Source: a virus (lineage: Duplodnaviria > Caudoviricetes). From it: 52,129 bases of DNA. The stretch covers positions 1-52,129 of the IMG/VR virus record IMGVR_UViG_3300020469_000065, one strand, 5' to 3'. Numbering within the stretch: position 1 is the stretch's first letter; every line of letters starts with the position of its first letter. Shown here piece after piece: positions 1 to 9,689 of this stretch. Below the pieces are notes generated by a model, which saw only the letters and a list, made by a program, of their open reading frames with translations, did no database searches and had not been told where the DNA came from. A program made the position numbers and the translations under genes.

Positions 1-114
1 ATAAAGGACTTGACGAGAGCAGAAAAAGAAGTTATAATAAAAGAGTTCAAACAAGACAAGGCTCTGATTATACAGCGCTTTGAAGAGACATACGGATTAA
101 GATATGTTGAATAG
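1..114 (+). CDS. 3' end of a hypothetical protein (partial, enters from left edge)
   Basis: Frame 1 is open from base 1 (IKDLTRAEKEVIIKEFKQDKALIIQRFEETYGLRYVE) to TAG at 112-114, overlapping the next start. Confidence 0.55.
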   Translation: MKDLTRAEKEVIIKEFKQDKALIIQRFEETYGLRYVE

Positions 115-514
115 CCTAATGTTGCTTGCTTTTCTCTCGACCGCGAGCGCCGAAGACTTCACAGTCCTCGCAGAAGACCAACCCGCCCCATTCGAGGGCG
201 TTTTGCTTAGCGTGCCTGCTGCCGCAGAAGTGTTGGCAAAGCACGAGGAAGCCAAGTTGAAATGTGATCTTGAAGTAGAGTTTCAACTTGACAAAGCAGC
301 CTCTCAATGCAAACTTGATAAGAAACTTCTTGAAGCACGTATAGCCACGCTTGACCAACAATACACCGAGGTCATAGCACAGAAAGACCTTGTGATTGAT
401 AAACAACAAGCAATTATCAAAAAGCAAGCACCACACCGCAAGTGGCTATGGTTCGCAGGTGGCGTTGTGCTTGGCGGCGCTACTTACTACGGCATCCAGC
501 AGGCGGTTAAATGA
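104..514 (+). CDS. Secreted/membrane protein: signal peptide, coiled coil, C-terminal TM helix
   Basis: N-terminal MLNSLMLLAFLSTASA signal-like sequence; C-terminal WLWFAGGVVLGGATYYGI hydrophobic helix. Confidence 0.6.
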   Translation: MLNSLMLLAFLSTASAEDFTVLAEDQPAPFEGVLLSVPAAAEVLAKHEEAKLKCDLEVEFQLDKAASQCKLDKKLLEARIATLDQQYTEVIAQKDLVIDKQQAIIKKQAPHRKWLWFAGGVVLGGATYYGIQQAVK

Positions 515-891
515 GCAAAGACCCAGACTACATTGTCAAAGTAGAGCAAGCCATCGCTAAGAAGTATGGCGAAGAGACAATCCAGAACCCCAAAGCAGAA
601 TGGGACGAGAACAAAGAGAAAGTCTATCTGGAACAGATGCGAGATCTCTACAAGAAACAAAAGAAAAACGACGAAGCCAACGATAAAGTAGAACTAAATG
701 GAATAAAGGTTTCAAGAAAACTACTTAATAGGGAATCCAAGACAGGTTGTCCTGTTTGTGGTGCCTTCTCGCATTCTACCCGTGATGACGTATCGCTCGT
801 AAAGTTTGACTGCTGCTACAAGTGTTATATCAAATGGGTCGAAGGAAGAGAGGAAAGATGGCAACAAGGATGGCGACCAAATGAAAGCTGA
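511..891 (+). CDS. Hypothetical protein with Zn-finger-like Cys motif
   Basis: CPVC...CCYKC; start overlaps the upstream stop. Confidence 0.65.
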   Translation: MSKDPDYIVKVEQAIAKKYGEETIQNPKAEWDENKEKVYLEQMRDLYKKQKKNDEANDKVELNGIKVSRKLLNRESKTGCPVCGAFSHSTRDDVSLVKFDCCYKCYIKWVEGREERWQQGWRPNES

Positions 892-1291
892 AGACTTAAG
901 AGAATTAATCAGAGAAGTTTTAAAAGAAGAGATAGGGCAAACAAGAACCAATGATGAGATTTATCAAGAGTTGGTTGATGAATTAAATAAGGTTAAAAAT
1001 GACCCCGGTGCGAAAGAACTTATGTTATCAACCTTGGATGCGCTAAAAGCTGAAAAGCAAGTGAGCGAAAGACAACACATGATGGGCGGTATAGAAGACG
1101 ATGGGCACGAAGTCCACATGGCGCTATCAGATTTACACAAACTTCAAAAATATGCGCCACAGGTGGCTGACTTGGCATCACAATACTCTGACCTACCCGG
1201 CTGGGTTCAATCAAAGATTACTCTAGCTGCTGACTATTTAGGGAAAGTTTACCACTATTTAGATGGCAAGCAACACAAAGGAATGGAATAA
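881..1291 (+). CDS. Hypothetical, probable head/internal virion protein
   Basis: ATG at 881 preferred over the 806 start; N-terminal LRELIREVLKEE leader; LPGWVQSKITLAADYL segment. Confidence 0.6.
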   Translation: MKAEDLRELIREVLKEEIGQTRTNDEIYQELVDELNKVKNDPGAKELMLSTLDALKAEKQVSERQHMMGGIEDDGHEVHMALSDLHKLQKYAPQVADLASQYSDLPGWVQSKITLAADYLGKVYHYLDGKQHKGME

Positions 1292-1839
1292 TGGCTACAG
1301 TTTACGAAATCGTTCAGGGCTTATCACAAGCCGCAGCAAACGCCTACGACGGCGCAATGACCGAAGATGGCGAGCCCATCAAGGCAGGTCTAAAGAGAGA
1401 AGAGGGTGATCCCCTTGTTGATAAGAGAGTTATGGATGGATTCAATGTCAAGTTTCATGGCAACATAATGCGCCTTTCTTACATGTCAGAGGTCACTCTT
1501 AAAGAAGTTTACGCTAATGGTTTCGAGTCTGATGTCGAATCACAGATGGCTGAGATTGTCAAGTTTCTTAAGAAGGAAGCCCGCAAGATTACTGGCTCCA
1601 CTGTCAAGCTTACTAAAGAGGGCGAGATTGACATCCGTGTCGAGAACTCCTCAAGAGTCCGCTCTTGGGTTACAGCCGTTATGGAATATAAAGTTGGTGG
1701 CATGGAAGAAGCTGCTATCGTTGGCGAAGCAACCGAAGACAAGCTTGCTGCTGGTTGGCAAAAGTTTATGTCGCAGGGTGGTTATGGTACTCGCCCACCT
1801 AACGATAAGAGACCAAAAAATTCAGGAGAAAAGAAATGA
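1291..1839 (+). CDS. Hypothetical protein
   Basis: 182-aa ORF translationally coupled at both ends. Confidence 0.7.
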   Translation: MATVYEIVQGLSQAAANAYDGAMTEDGEPIKAGLKREEGDPLVDKRVMDGFNVKFHGNIMRLSYMSEVTLKEVYANGFESDVESQMAEIVKFLKKEARKITGSTVKLTKEGEIDIRVENSSRVRSWVTAVMEYKVGGMEEAAIVGEATEDKLAAGWQKFMSQGGYGTRPPNDKRPKNSGEKK

Positions 1840-2150
1840 AAATAACAAAGGCTAGATTAAAGCAGATCATCAAAGAAGAATATGAAACAATGATGGGCTC
1901 TGATATTGAGAACATTTCAGATGAAGATGTCTTAGGTACAGACACCCCGCAGTATGAAACAGACGATCCAGTAATGAAATTAATGGATAAATTGGCTGCT
2001 AGAATTAAACTAGATAGGATGTCGCCAGAAGAACTGGATGCTCTTGCCGGTGGAGATATGGAGGTTAGAGCCCTTATTGATAAAATCATGGGCAGCGAGC
2101 TTTATAGCCCCCAAGCTGTTAATGATCTTGCGGCAATGTTCAAAAAGTGA
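1836..2150 (+). CDS. Small acidic hypothetical protein with LKQIIKEE leader
   Basis: AGGAG RBS, ATGA overlap, MKITKARLKQIIKEEY N-terminus. Confidence 0.65.
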   Translation: MKITKARLKQIIKEEYETMMGSDIENISDEDVLGTDTPQYETDDPVMKLMDKLAARIKLDRMSPEELDALAGGDMEVRALIDKIMGSELYSPQAVNDLAAMFKK

Positions 2151-2153
2151 TGA

Positions 2154-3734
2154 ATGCCAAGATTAACGAAAAAGCAAATACTCAAAGAAATTGTTAAGTG
2201 TGGTAAAGACCCCTCCTACTTTCTAAAAAACTATGCCCGTATCTCTCACCCGATGCACGGGCTTATGTTGTTTAAGACCTATGATTATCAGGATCAGTTA
2301 CTAAAAGACTTTAACGACTACCGCTTCAATGTTATCAACAAAGGTCGCCAGCTAGGCATCTCAACGATTACGGCTGGCTACATTGTCTGGATGATGCTGT
2401 TTCACCGCGACAAAGCCATTCTTGTTATGGCAACCAAGTTTGAAACAGCAGGCAACTTGGTCCGCAAAGTTAAAAACATTATGAAGAACCTTCCTGACTG
2501 GATCAGGATAGCAAGTATCACAACCGACAACCGCACATCTTTTGAGTTGTCCAATGGCTCTTCTATCAAAGCTGCTTCTACCTCTGGTGATGCTGGTCGT
2601 TCCGAAGCCCTGTCGCTACTTGTTCTTGACGAGGCTGCGCACATTGAGGGTCTTGAAGATCTTTGGACCGGTCTGTATCCAACGCTATCAACTGGTGGTC
2701 GTTGCATCGCCATCTCTACGCCAAACGGCGTCGGTAACTGGTTTCATAAAACCTGTACAGGTGCTGAGAGTAACGACAACAATTTTTACCTTACAACCCT
2801 TATGTGGGATGTTCACCCTGATAGGGACGAAGAGTGGTTTAAGAAAGAAACCAAAAACATGTCTCGCCGACAAATTGCCCAGGAATTGGAGTGCAACTTC
2901 AATACTTCTGGCGAGACTGTAATCGATCCAGACAATATGGAATGGATTATGTCTAACATCCGAGAACCAAAGCACAAGACAGGCTTTGACAGAAACTTCT
3001 GGATCTGGGAAGAGCACGACCCAAGTTGTAATTATCTTCTTGCGGCAGATGTGGCAAGAGGCGATGGTGCTGATAGTTCCACATTTCACATTCTTAAACT
3101 TGAAACAATGGAGATTGTGAGTGAATACATGGGTAAGCCAACACCAGATCTCTATGCCAATATGTTAAACCAAGTTGGAAGAGAATACGGCAACTGTATG
3201 ATGGTTATAGAAAATAACTCTATTGGATACACTGTCATTGATAAGCTTGTAGAGTATGCTTATCCAAATTTGTATTATTCAATTAAATCCACACATGAAT
3301 ACATAGACCAGCATCTAGGCGAGCATCGTACAGGCGCCATCGCCGGTTTCTCAACTACAAGCAAGACCAGACCCTTGATTGTTGCCAAGTTAGAAGAGTT
3401 TGTTCGCAACAAACTAGTTAAGACGTATTCTTCACGTTTGGCAAACGAATTTCGTACTTTTATTTGGTACAACGGAAAGCCACAAGCCATGAGAGGCTAC
3501 AACGATGACTTGGTGATGGCTCTTGCGATTTGTTGTTGGGTTCGTGACACAGCCCTACAAACAAGCGCCCGAGATTTAAACTATCAAAAAGCTTTCGTTG
3601 ATGCGATAATGACTTCCAGAACTACCCTAAATACACAGATAAAAGGACAAATTGGCTACACGGGTGAAGATAATACTAGTAAAATGAACGAAGCAAAAAA
3701 TCTATATTCACAATATATGTGGATAATTAAGTGA
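2154..3734 (+). CDS. terL: Terminase large subunit (T4 gp17-like)
   Basis: Walker A KGRQLGIST, Walker B LLVLDEAA, motif III ISTPNG, nuclease AADVARG..D and DDLVMALA. Confidence 0.95.
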   Translation: MPRLTKKQILKEIVKCGKDPSYFLKNYARISHPMHGLMLFKTYDYQDQLLKDFNDYRFNVINKGRQLGISTITAGYIVWMMLFHRDKAILVMATKFETAGNLVRKVKNIMKNLPDWIRIASITTDNRTSFELSNGSSIKAASTSGDAGRSEALSLLVLDEAAHIEGLEDLWTGLYPTLSTGGRCIAISTPNGVGNWFHKTCTGAESNDNNFYLTTLMWDVHPDRDEEWFKKETKNMSRRQIAQELECNFNTSGETVIDPDNMEWIMSNIREPKHKTGFDRNFWIWEEHDPSCNYLLAADVARGDGADSSTFHILKLETMEIVSEYMGKPTPDLYANMLNQVGREYGNCMMVIENNSIGYTVIDKLVEYAYPNLYYSIKSTHEYIDQHLGEHRTGAIAGFSTTSKTRPLIVAKLEEFVRNKLVKTYSSRLANEFRTFIWYNGKPQAMRGYNDDLVMALAICCWVRDTALQTSARDLNYQKAFVDAIMTSRTTLNTQIKGQIGYTGEDNTSKMNEAKNLYSQYMWIIK

Positions 3735-3741
3735 GAAAATA

Positions 3742-5769
3742 ATGGCACCCAAAAATCCAAAGCAAGGCAAAAACCCCGCAAATAGAGATTCGCAATTATT
3801 CCGCGCTCTTACGAGGTTGTTCTCTGGTCCAATTATCAGTTATCGATCTGAGTCTGGTCGTAAGATACGCAGACAGCATCTCGACAAGTATTCTACAAGA
3901 TTCAAGTCTGCGTCAGGGCAGCAATTTAAAAAGCAATCTTATAACCCGCTTGACACTATCGCAGCAAACGCAATTGCCAACCAACGTAGATCAGAGCGAT
4001 ACATTGACTTTGACCAGATGGAGTACATGCCAGAGTTAGCATCTGCGCTTGACATCTACGCAGACGAAATGACCACATTTTCTGCTCTCTCGCCAATGCT
4101 TAACATTAAGTGCCGCAACGATGAAATCAAGGCTGTCCTTAACATACTTTATCACAACGTTATGAATATAGAGCACAACCTCTTTGGTTGGTGCCGCACG
4201 ATGTGTAAATATGGTGACTTCATTCTTTATCTTGACATTGATGACGAGATGGGTGTCCAATCTACGATCGCAATTCCTCTACAAGAGATAGAGAGATTAG
4301 AAGGTCTTGACGCGACAAACCCTAATTATGTTCAGTATCAGTGGAACTCTGCTGGGATGACATTTGAGAACTGGCAGATTGCCCACTTCCGTATCCTCGG
4401 TAATGACAAGTATTCGCCATACGGCACCTCTGTTCTTGAACCTGCTCGTCGTATCTGGCGCCAGCTTACCCTAATGGAAGACGCAATGATGGCTTACCGC
4501 ATTGTTCGTTCATCCGAGAGAAAGGTATTCAAGATTGACGTTGGTGCTATTCCGCCCCAAGAAGTTGAACAGTACATGCAGAAGATTGTCACTCAATTGA
4601 AGCGTCACACAATTGTCGATAAAGATACTGGTCGTATCGATCTTCGTTATAACCCACTCTCCATCGAAGAGGATTACTACATTCCTGTTCGCGCTGGTTC
4701 TGTCACCGATATCCAGAATCTTGGTGCTGGGCAGAACACAACCGCAATTGATGACATTAAATACCTACGCGATAAGATGTTCTCTGCGATTAAAATTCCC
4801 CAAGCATACCTTACGATGGGCGAAGGCGCACAGGAAGACAAGACCACTCTTGCGACAAAAGATATTCGCTTTGCCCGTACTATTCAGCGACTCCAGCGCT
4901 CCATTCTTCATGAGTTGGAGAAGGTCGGCATCATTCACCTTTACACTCTTGGTTATAGAGGAGAAGATCTTATAAACTTCAAACTCTCTCTCAATAACCC
5001 AAGTAAGATTGCCGAACTTCAAGAACTTGAGCACTGGAAGAACAAGTTTGATATTGCTGCTTCGGCAACTGAGGGATACTTCTCTCGTCGCTGGGTTGCC
5101 GACAATATCTTTGGTATGTCTCATGAAGAGTTCCTTCGCAACCAACGAGAACAATTTTACGATCGCAAGCACGACACCGCTCTTGAAGGAGTTGCTGAAG
5201 CTGCTGCTGGTGAAGCCGCCGGCGGTGGTGGCGGACTTGATCTCGGCGGGGAAGACGGAGGGCTTGACCTCGGTGGTGAAGAGGGCGGCGGGGAACTCGA
5301 CCTTGGGGGTGACGAAGGCGGTGGTGGTGAACCTGCTGCTGGCGAAGGCGGCGGCGAAGAAAGCGCTCTCCTGGCAGCGCCTCCTGGCTCCCGCGATTCA
5401 CCACGGCTCGCCAAGTCTCTTGGTAAGCGCGCGAGGACTGGAAAAAAATATACCACGCGCGGTGCCAAAGGAAAAATTCACCAAAGGGTGGCGGTAGACG
5501 GACGCAAGAGCAAAGGACCCCGCTCTAGAAGTTATGCTCGCATCGCGACTCCCGAAATGAACACCTACAGAACAAACAACCTTGGGGGCTCAGAGTTAAG
5601 ATCTCTTTCAAGGGGAACTTCTTTGGCACGGGGTATTTATGAAGAACAAGACCCTATTTATCTAAGAGAAGAAGAGGAAGAGATTGCTCTTCTTGAGGTA
5701 AATAACTCTGTTAAGTTCTTGCTTGAATCACTAGAGACCAAAGTTACGGAGAACAATGATGAAGAATAA
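3742..5769 (+). CDS. Portal protein (T4 gp20-like) with long acidic Gly-rich C-terminal tail
   Basis: LMEDAMMAYRIVRSSERKVFKIDVG, EDYYIPVR, DDIKYLRDKMFSAIKIP, DIRFARTIQRLQ; follows terL. Confidence 0.93.
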   Translation: MAPKNPKQGKNPANRDSQLFRALTRLFSGPIISYRSESGRKIRRQHLDKYSTRFKSASGQQFKKQSYNPLDTIAANAIANQRRSERYIDFDQMEYMPELASALDIYADEMTTFSALSPMLNIKCRNDEIKAVLNILYHNVMNIEHNLFGWCRTMCKYGDFILYLDIDDEMGVQSTIAIPLQEIERLEGLDATNPNYVQYQWNSAGMTFENWQIAHFRILGNDKYSPYGTSVLEPARRIWRQLTLMEDAMMAYRIVRSSERKVFKIDVGAIPPQEVEQYMQKIVTQLKRHTIVDKDTGRIDLRYNPLSIEEDYYIPVRAGSVTDIQNLGAGQNTTAIDDIKYLRDKMFSAIKIPQAYLTMGEGAQEDKTTLATKDIRFARTIQRLQRSILHELEKVGIIHLYTLGYRGEDLINFKLSLNNPSKIAELQELEHWKNKFDIAASATEGYFSRRWVADNIFGMSHEEFLRNQREQFYDRKHDTALEGVAEAAAGEAAGGGGGLDLGGEDGGLDLGGEEGGGELDLGGDEGGGGEPAAGEGGGEESALLAAPPGSRDSPRLAKSLGKRARTGKKYTTRGAKGKIHQRVAVDGRKSKGPRSRSYARIATPEMNTYRTNNLGGSELRSLSRGTSLARGIYEEQDPIYLREEEEEIALLEVNNSVKFLLESLETKVTENNDEE

Positions 5770-6589
5770 GCACAATAAAAAGAGAAATACAGCGTTTGTA
5801 TTTGAAGCCCTTGCTCGTGAAGCAACTGTTGCTATCATTAAAGGTGACACAGAACGAAAAGCCAAAGTGATCTCTATTGTCCGCAAACATTTTACAGGAG
5901 ACTCACTACTCAAGAAAGACCTTGAATGCTACCGCTCTTTGTACGAAAATCAAAACCTAGACGAAACCACTAGCAAAAAAATTGTAGAGGCTGTGTTGGC
6001 TGCTAAGCGTCTTATTGACCCCGATGGATTGTTTAAGCAACAAACCGAAGTCATCAATGACATCAATAAAGAACTTAGCCCCCAGACCTTCAATAACTTT
6101 GTTCCAAACTATAAATCTCTTGCGACCATTGCAAAGATGTTTAACACTAACTCACCCAAGCAATCAGTAATGCTTGAGGGCAGGATTATTGAAGGGATGG
6201 TTAGTGACACTAAGACATCAAGCTTAGAACCAATGGATAGCATAACTTTTAGAACTTTTACCAAGAAGTTTAATCAAAAGTACAGCGATACATTAATGCA
6301 AGAACAAAAAGAATTATTAAACCAGTACATCTCTTCATTTTCAAACGAAGAGTTAGAATTAAAAATTTATCTCAACCGTGAACTCGGCAGATTGAAGGAA
6401 TCATTAGAGAAAGCAACAGAGGTAGAAGAGGTTGCCGGCGATGAAGAGATGATCAATAAAACGAAGTTAGTCAAGGAACGCCTTGAAAATCTGTCAAGTG
6501 AAACCACTCTAACAGAAACAACCCTCTTCACTATTTTAAAGACCCAAGAACTTGTAAAGGAAATCTACGACGATGGCAGTAACAGTTAG
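5756..6589 (+). CDS. Hypothetical protein in head module
   Basis: 277-aa ORF with GGAG RBS directly after portal. Confidence 0.75.
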   Translation: MMKNKHNKKRNTAFVFEALAREATVAIIKGDTERKAKVISIVRKHFTGDSLLKKDLECYRSLYENQNLDETTSKKIVEAVLAAKRLIDPDGLFKQQTEVINDINKELSPQTFNNFVPNYKSLATIAKMFNTNSPKQSVMLEGRIIEGMVSDTKTSSLEPMDSITFRTFTKKFNQKYSDTLMQEQKELLNQYISSFSNEELELKIYLNRELGRLKESLEKATEVEEVAGDEEMINKTKLVKERLENLSSETTLTETTLFTILKTQELVKEIYDDGSNS

Positions 6590-7145
6590 AATTGTTCCAG
6601 TACCAGAGCCAGTCAAGGTCACTATTAAGCCAAAGACTCCTCCTCCTACCGTAACTCTTGAACTAGACATTCGTAAGTCTCTAAGTGGCGATCTTATGAT
6701 CTTTGACCACGGAGACATTGACATAGTGCTTTCTGGGAAAGACAAGAAAGTTACTGCGTTTCCCAAGCAAACAATGACCGACTTCACATACGGCGCGCAG
6801 AACCGCCTGTTTAATCATCTTGCGCGCAAAGGCATCGTCATTCCTGAGTCTATCCAGGGCGCTTCATTCTACGGAGCGATGGAGGCGCAGTTACAGGAAT
6901 CTGCTGATGGTAAACTCAATGCAGCCAAGTTTGCGCTCGTGAGCATAGAAAAATTTATTAAAGAAGAAAAGCCATACTACGACAATGTTGAAGCAACTGT
7001 CGCTGGCGTTGAAGATGAATACACCAACCCAGACAAGACCGACTCTACAGAACTTGGCGAGGTCCCACAGAGGGACGAACAAGGCTCTATCCGAAAGGGC
7101 TATATAAGAGATCCCTATACCTTCTCTTACATGTATACAATTTAG
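6573..7145 (+). CDS. Hypothetical protein
   Basis: 190-aa ORF overlapping the upstream gene. Confidence 0.7.
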   Translation: MAVTVRIVPVPEPVKVTIKPKTPPPTVTLELDIRKSLSGDLMIFDHGDIDIVLSGKDKKVTAFPKQTMTDFTYGAQNRLFNHLARKGIVIPESIQGASFYGAMEAQLQESADGKLNAAKFALVSIEKFIKEEKPYYDNVEATVAGVEDEYTNPDKTDSTELGEVPQRDEQGSIRKGYIRDPYTFSYMYTI

Positions 7146-7153
7146 GAGAATAC

Positions 7154-7495
7154 ATGGAACTTATACTATTCGTCCTTATAGCCTACGGGCTAACACAAAT
7201 TTTAGTCTATAGCGACATGCCCATAATAAAAAAACTAAGACCTTACAAGGAGTCTTACCGGGGCTACGGCAAGGTTTTTCACTGCCCTATGTGTATGGGC
7301 TTTCATGTCGGCTGGTTTTTGGTCTTGCTTTCTCCTTGGACCGAACTATTTACGTTTGACCCAACTTTGGTTAATGCTTTTATACTTGGCTGTCTTTCAT
7401 CTGCGACCTCATATGTTCTCAATATGGTGTTTTCAGATGATGGAATTCAAATAAGGCACAACTATAAGTATGACAATACCATAGGAGAAGAGTGA
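7154..7495 (+). CDS. Small membrane protein with CxxC (DUF1360-like)
   Basis: AGGAG RBS; three hydrophobic segments; FHCPMCMGFHVG. Confidence 0.65.
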   Translation: MELILFVLIAYGLTQILVYSDMPIIKKLRPYKESYRGYGKVFHCPMCMGFHVGWFLVLLSPWTELFTFDPTLVNAFILGCLSSATSYVLNMVFSDDGIQIRHNYKYDNTIGEE

Positions 7496-7560
7496 TGAAC
7501 AACTATCTTACTAAGAAATGGGGCTTACAGCCAGTTCGTCTTTGTTGTAAAGGCTCCTAG
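7495..7560 (+). CDS. 21-aa micro-ORF MNNYLTKKWGLQPVRLCCKGS (not in ORF track)
   Basis: AGGAG RBS at 7483-7487 and TGATG stop/start overlap. Confidence 0.45.
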   Translation: MNNYLTKKWGLQPVRLCCKGS

Positions 7561-7602
7561 CTCACGCGGGTAGCGCCCGCTTCTATCTTTAAGAGAACCA
7601 AA

Positions 7603-8202
7603 ATGAAACTACTACGAGAATACTACGAACTATGCGATGGGGGAGTCTGCCAAGACCTTCTAACTGAAGATGAAAAGCGCTTTGTCGCAAGCGGTGGCAT
7701 GTATCTTTCCGGCAAACTACAACAAGCCAATACTAAAAATGGTAATGGTAGAGTTTATCCCTTTGAGATCCTTGTTCGCGAGGTCGAGAACTACAAGAAG
7801 TTGGTAAAAGAAAGCAGGGCGCTTGGAGAGTTGGATCACCCAGATGATTCAGTTATAAATCTCAAGAACGCCTCTCACCTTGTCACTTCTATTTGGATGG
7901 ACGGCGATACGGTCATGGGCAAGGTTAAAGTCCTTGACACTCCATCAGGCAAGGTTCTTAAATCTCTCGTAGAGTCAGGTGTTAAGCTTGGCATTTCTTC
8001 TCGTGGTATGGGTTCGGTAGAAAACAGAAATGGACAGACGGTTGTTCAAGATGACTTTCAGTTAATTTGTTTTGACTTCGTTTCGGAGCCTTCAACACCA
8101 GAAGCATTTATGGTGAAAGAAGGAAAAGAATACACTAACCAAGTATTTACCAAAGCTGATCGCATAAACAGATTATTAAATGAGGTATTAAAAGATGAAT
8201 AA
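7603..8202 (+). CDS. Prohead protease (T4 gp21-like)
   Basis: NGNGRVYP, LGELDHP, GISSRGMGS and DFVSEPS motifs. Confidence 0.92.
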   Translation: MKLLREYYELCDGGVCQDLLTEDEKRFVASGGMYLSGKLQQANTKNGNGRVYPFEILVREVENYKKLVKESRALGELDHPDDSVINLKNASHLVTSIWMDGDTVMGKVKVLDTPSGKVLKSLVESGVKLGISSRGMGSVENRNGQTVVQDDFQLICFDFVSEPSTPEAFMVKEGKEYTNQVFTKADRINRLLNEVLKDE

Positions 8203-8965
8203 ATCAACATTAGAAGAAATTCTTAAAGAAGAAATACAAGCAATTATTAACGAACGGGAGCTTGATGAGCAAGGCTTTGCTAGCAAAGTTGGTGGATTTT
8301 TAAAAGGCTTAAGAAGACCGGGAGATCTGGGTCGCTCAAGAAGAGCCAAAACTAGAGCCATGGATAGACAAGCAGATGCTAGTGATTTTAACAAGTCCAA
8401 GACTAGTTCAAAAAAATCCAAAGGTGTGCCAAGACCCGGTCGCCCTTTAGATAAATACGACAGCAGAAGAAAAGTAAAAAAAGTTTCTCTTCTGGATGAT
8501 ATCATACCAAGAGTAGAAAAAAAACTTGGTTATACTGGACCAACTTTTGAATATGATAAAGAAGAAAGACAAAAAAATGCAGCAGCATTAACAGACTTTG
8601 CTGAAAAATTCGGAGATAGTTTCCCAGATGGAATTAAATTTGGAGACAAAGAGCAACGTGCTGATAAAAATAAAATGATAGCCCACCAGCAAACCGCTAA
8701 AGCATTGGAAATGCAAATTAAAAGATTAGAAAAAGAAGTTAATAAAGCAAAAGAAAAAGCAAAATCAGAACAAGATAACGCTGCAATAAGTAAGAAATTT
8801 GCAATTAAACAACTAAGAACTTTATATAAAAAAGGAGAAGAAGGTTTAAATTCGCAAATTTTATCTATGATTATTGATGAATTACCAGAAGATGGTATTA
8901 TTGTGGAACATCTTTTAACTGAAGTCATATACGAAAACCTAAAAGGTAATAGAGTGGTTCTATGA
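8195..8965 (+). CDS. Lys-rich hypothetical protein, possible internal head protein
   Basis: LEEILKEEI leader; A-rich coding sequence. Confidence 0.65.
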   Translation: MNKSTLEEILKEEIQAIINERELDEQGFASKVGGFLKGLRRPGDLGRSRRAKTRAMDRQADASDFNKSKTSSKKSKGVPRPGRPLDKYDSRRKVKKVSLLDDIIPRVEKKLGYTGPTFEYDKEERQKNAAALTDFAEKFGDSFPDGIKFGDKEQRADKNKMIAHQQTAKALEMQIKRLEKEVNKAKEKAKSEQDNAAISKKFAIKQLRTLYKKGEEGLNSQILSMIIDELPEDGIIVEHLLTEVIYENLKGNRVVL

Positions 8966-9393
8966 ACAAGACACAACTCAAAAAACTAATCAAGCCAGTC
9001 GTAAAGGAATGTATTCAAGAAGTTCTTATAGAAGAGGGTTTGCTTACAGAGGTCGTCTCACAAGTAACTGCTGGCTTATCCAAGCAGCCGATTGTTGAGA
9101 ATAGACCAAAGAAAAGAAACGATAACCTATTTAATGAAGACTTGCAAATGAAGCGTAAGTCCCGTGAGGCGAACAAAAAACTACAAGAGCATCGTAGAAA
9201 GCTACTAGACTCAATTGGCGGTGATGCCTATAACGGAGTGGATCTTTTTGAGGGCACAGAGCCCCTAAGAAACACAGGATCTCCCGGTCAGGCGCACAAA
9301 TCAAGTGTCCTAGGTGATGATCCCAACGATGCAGGCGTAGATATAAGTTCAATCATGGGTAACTCAAGCAAGATTTGGCAAGCGATTAAATAG
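8962..9393 (+). CDS. Hypothetical protein
   Basis: ATGA overlap; LKKLIKPVVKECIQEVLIEE leader. Confidence 0.7.
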   Translation: MNKTQLKKLIKPVVKECIQEVLIEEGLLTEVVSQVTAGLSKQPIVENRPKKRNDNLFNEDLQMKRKSREANKKLQEHRRKLLDSIGGDAYNGVDLFEGTEPLRNTGSPGQAHKSSVLGDDPNDAGVDISSIMGNSSKIWQAIK

Positions 9394-9401
9394 GATTAAT
9401 A

Positions 9402-9650
9402 ATGAGTAGACGTAAGGGCGCGAATGTTGTGGTCACCGCAAGACAGTGTAGAGGTAATCACGAAAAGATGATCCGTAAGTTTATCAAGAAATGTAAGAAA
9501 GAAAAGATCATCGAACAGATAAGAGATAGAAGGTACTACAAGAAGCCTTCTGATGTTAGACGACATAAGAAGCAGGCTGCTATTCGTAGACACCGCAGAG
9601 ATCTAGAAAAACAAAAGAGACTGCAAGCCAAGCGTGAAAGAAGTAGTTGA
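9402..9650 (+). CDS. rpsU: Phage-encoded ribosomal protein bS21
   Basis: 82-aa basic protein; EKMIRKFIKKCKKEKIIEQIRDRRYYKKPSDVRRHKKQAAIRR matches the bS21 pattern (.RRF.K...K.GI....R.R..Y.KPS..R..K..AA.RR). Confidence 0.85.
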   Translation: MSRRKGANVVVTARQCRGNHEKMIRKFIKKCKKEKIIEQIRDRRYYKKPSDVRRHKKQAAIRRHRRDLEKQKRLQAKRERSS

Positions 9651-9651
9651 T

Positions 9652-9659
9652 ACTATTTA
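9652..9659 (+). promoter_or_regulatory. ACTATTTA putative late promoter element
   Basis: Recurrent intergenic octamer, here 30 nt before the 9690 start. Confidence 0.65.
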
Positions 9660-9689
9660 TTTACGACTATGTAAATACGGAGGATTCTT

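Noticed and set aside
10-38. TTGACG-17-TATAAT sigma70-like promoter
   Set aside because: It lies within an apparent coding sequence ahead of late-type genes; it may be real but cannot be separated from chance here.
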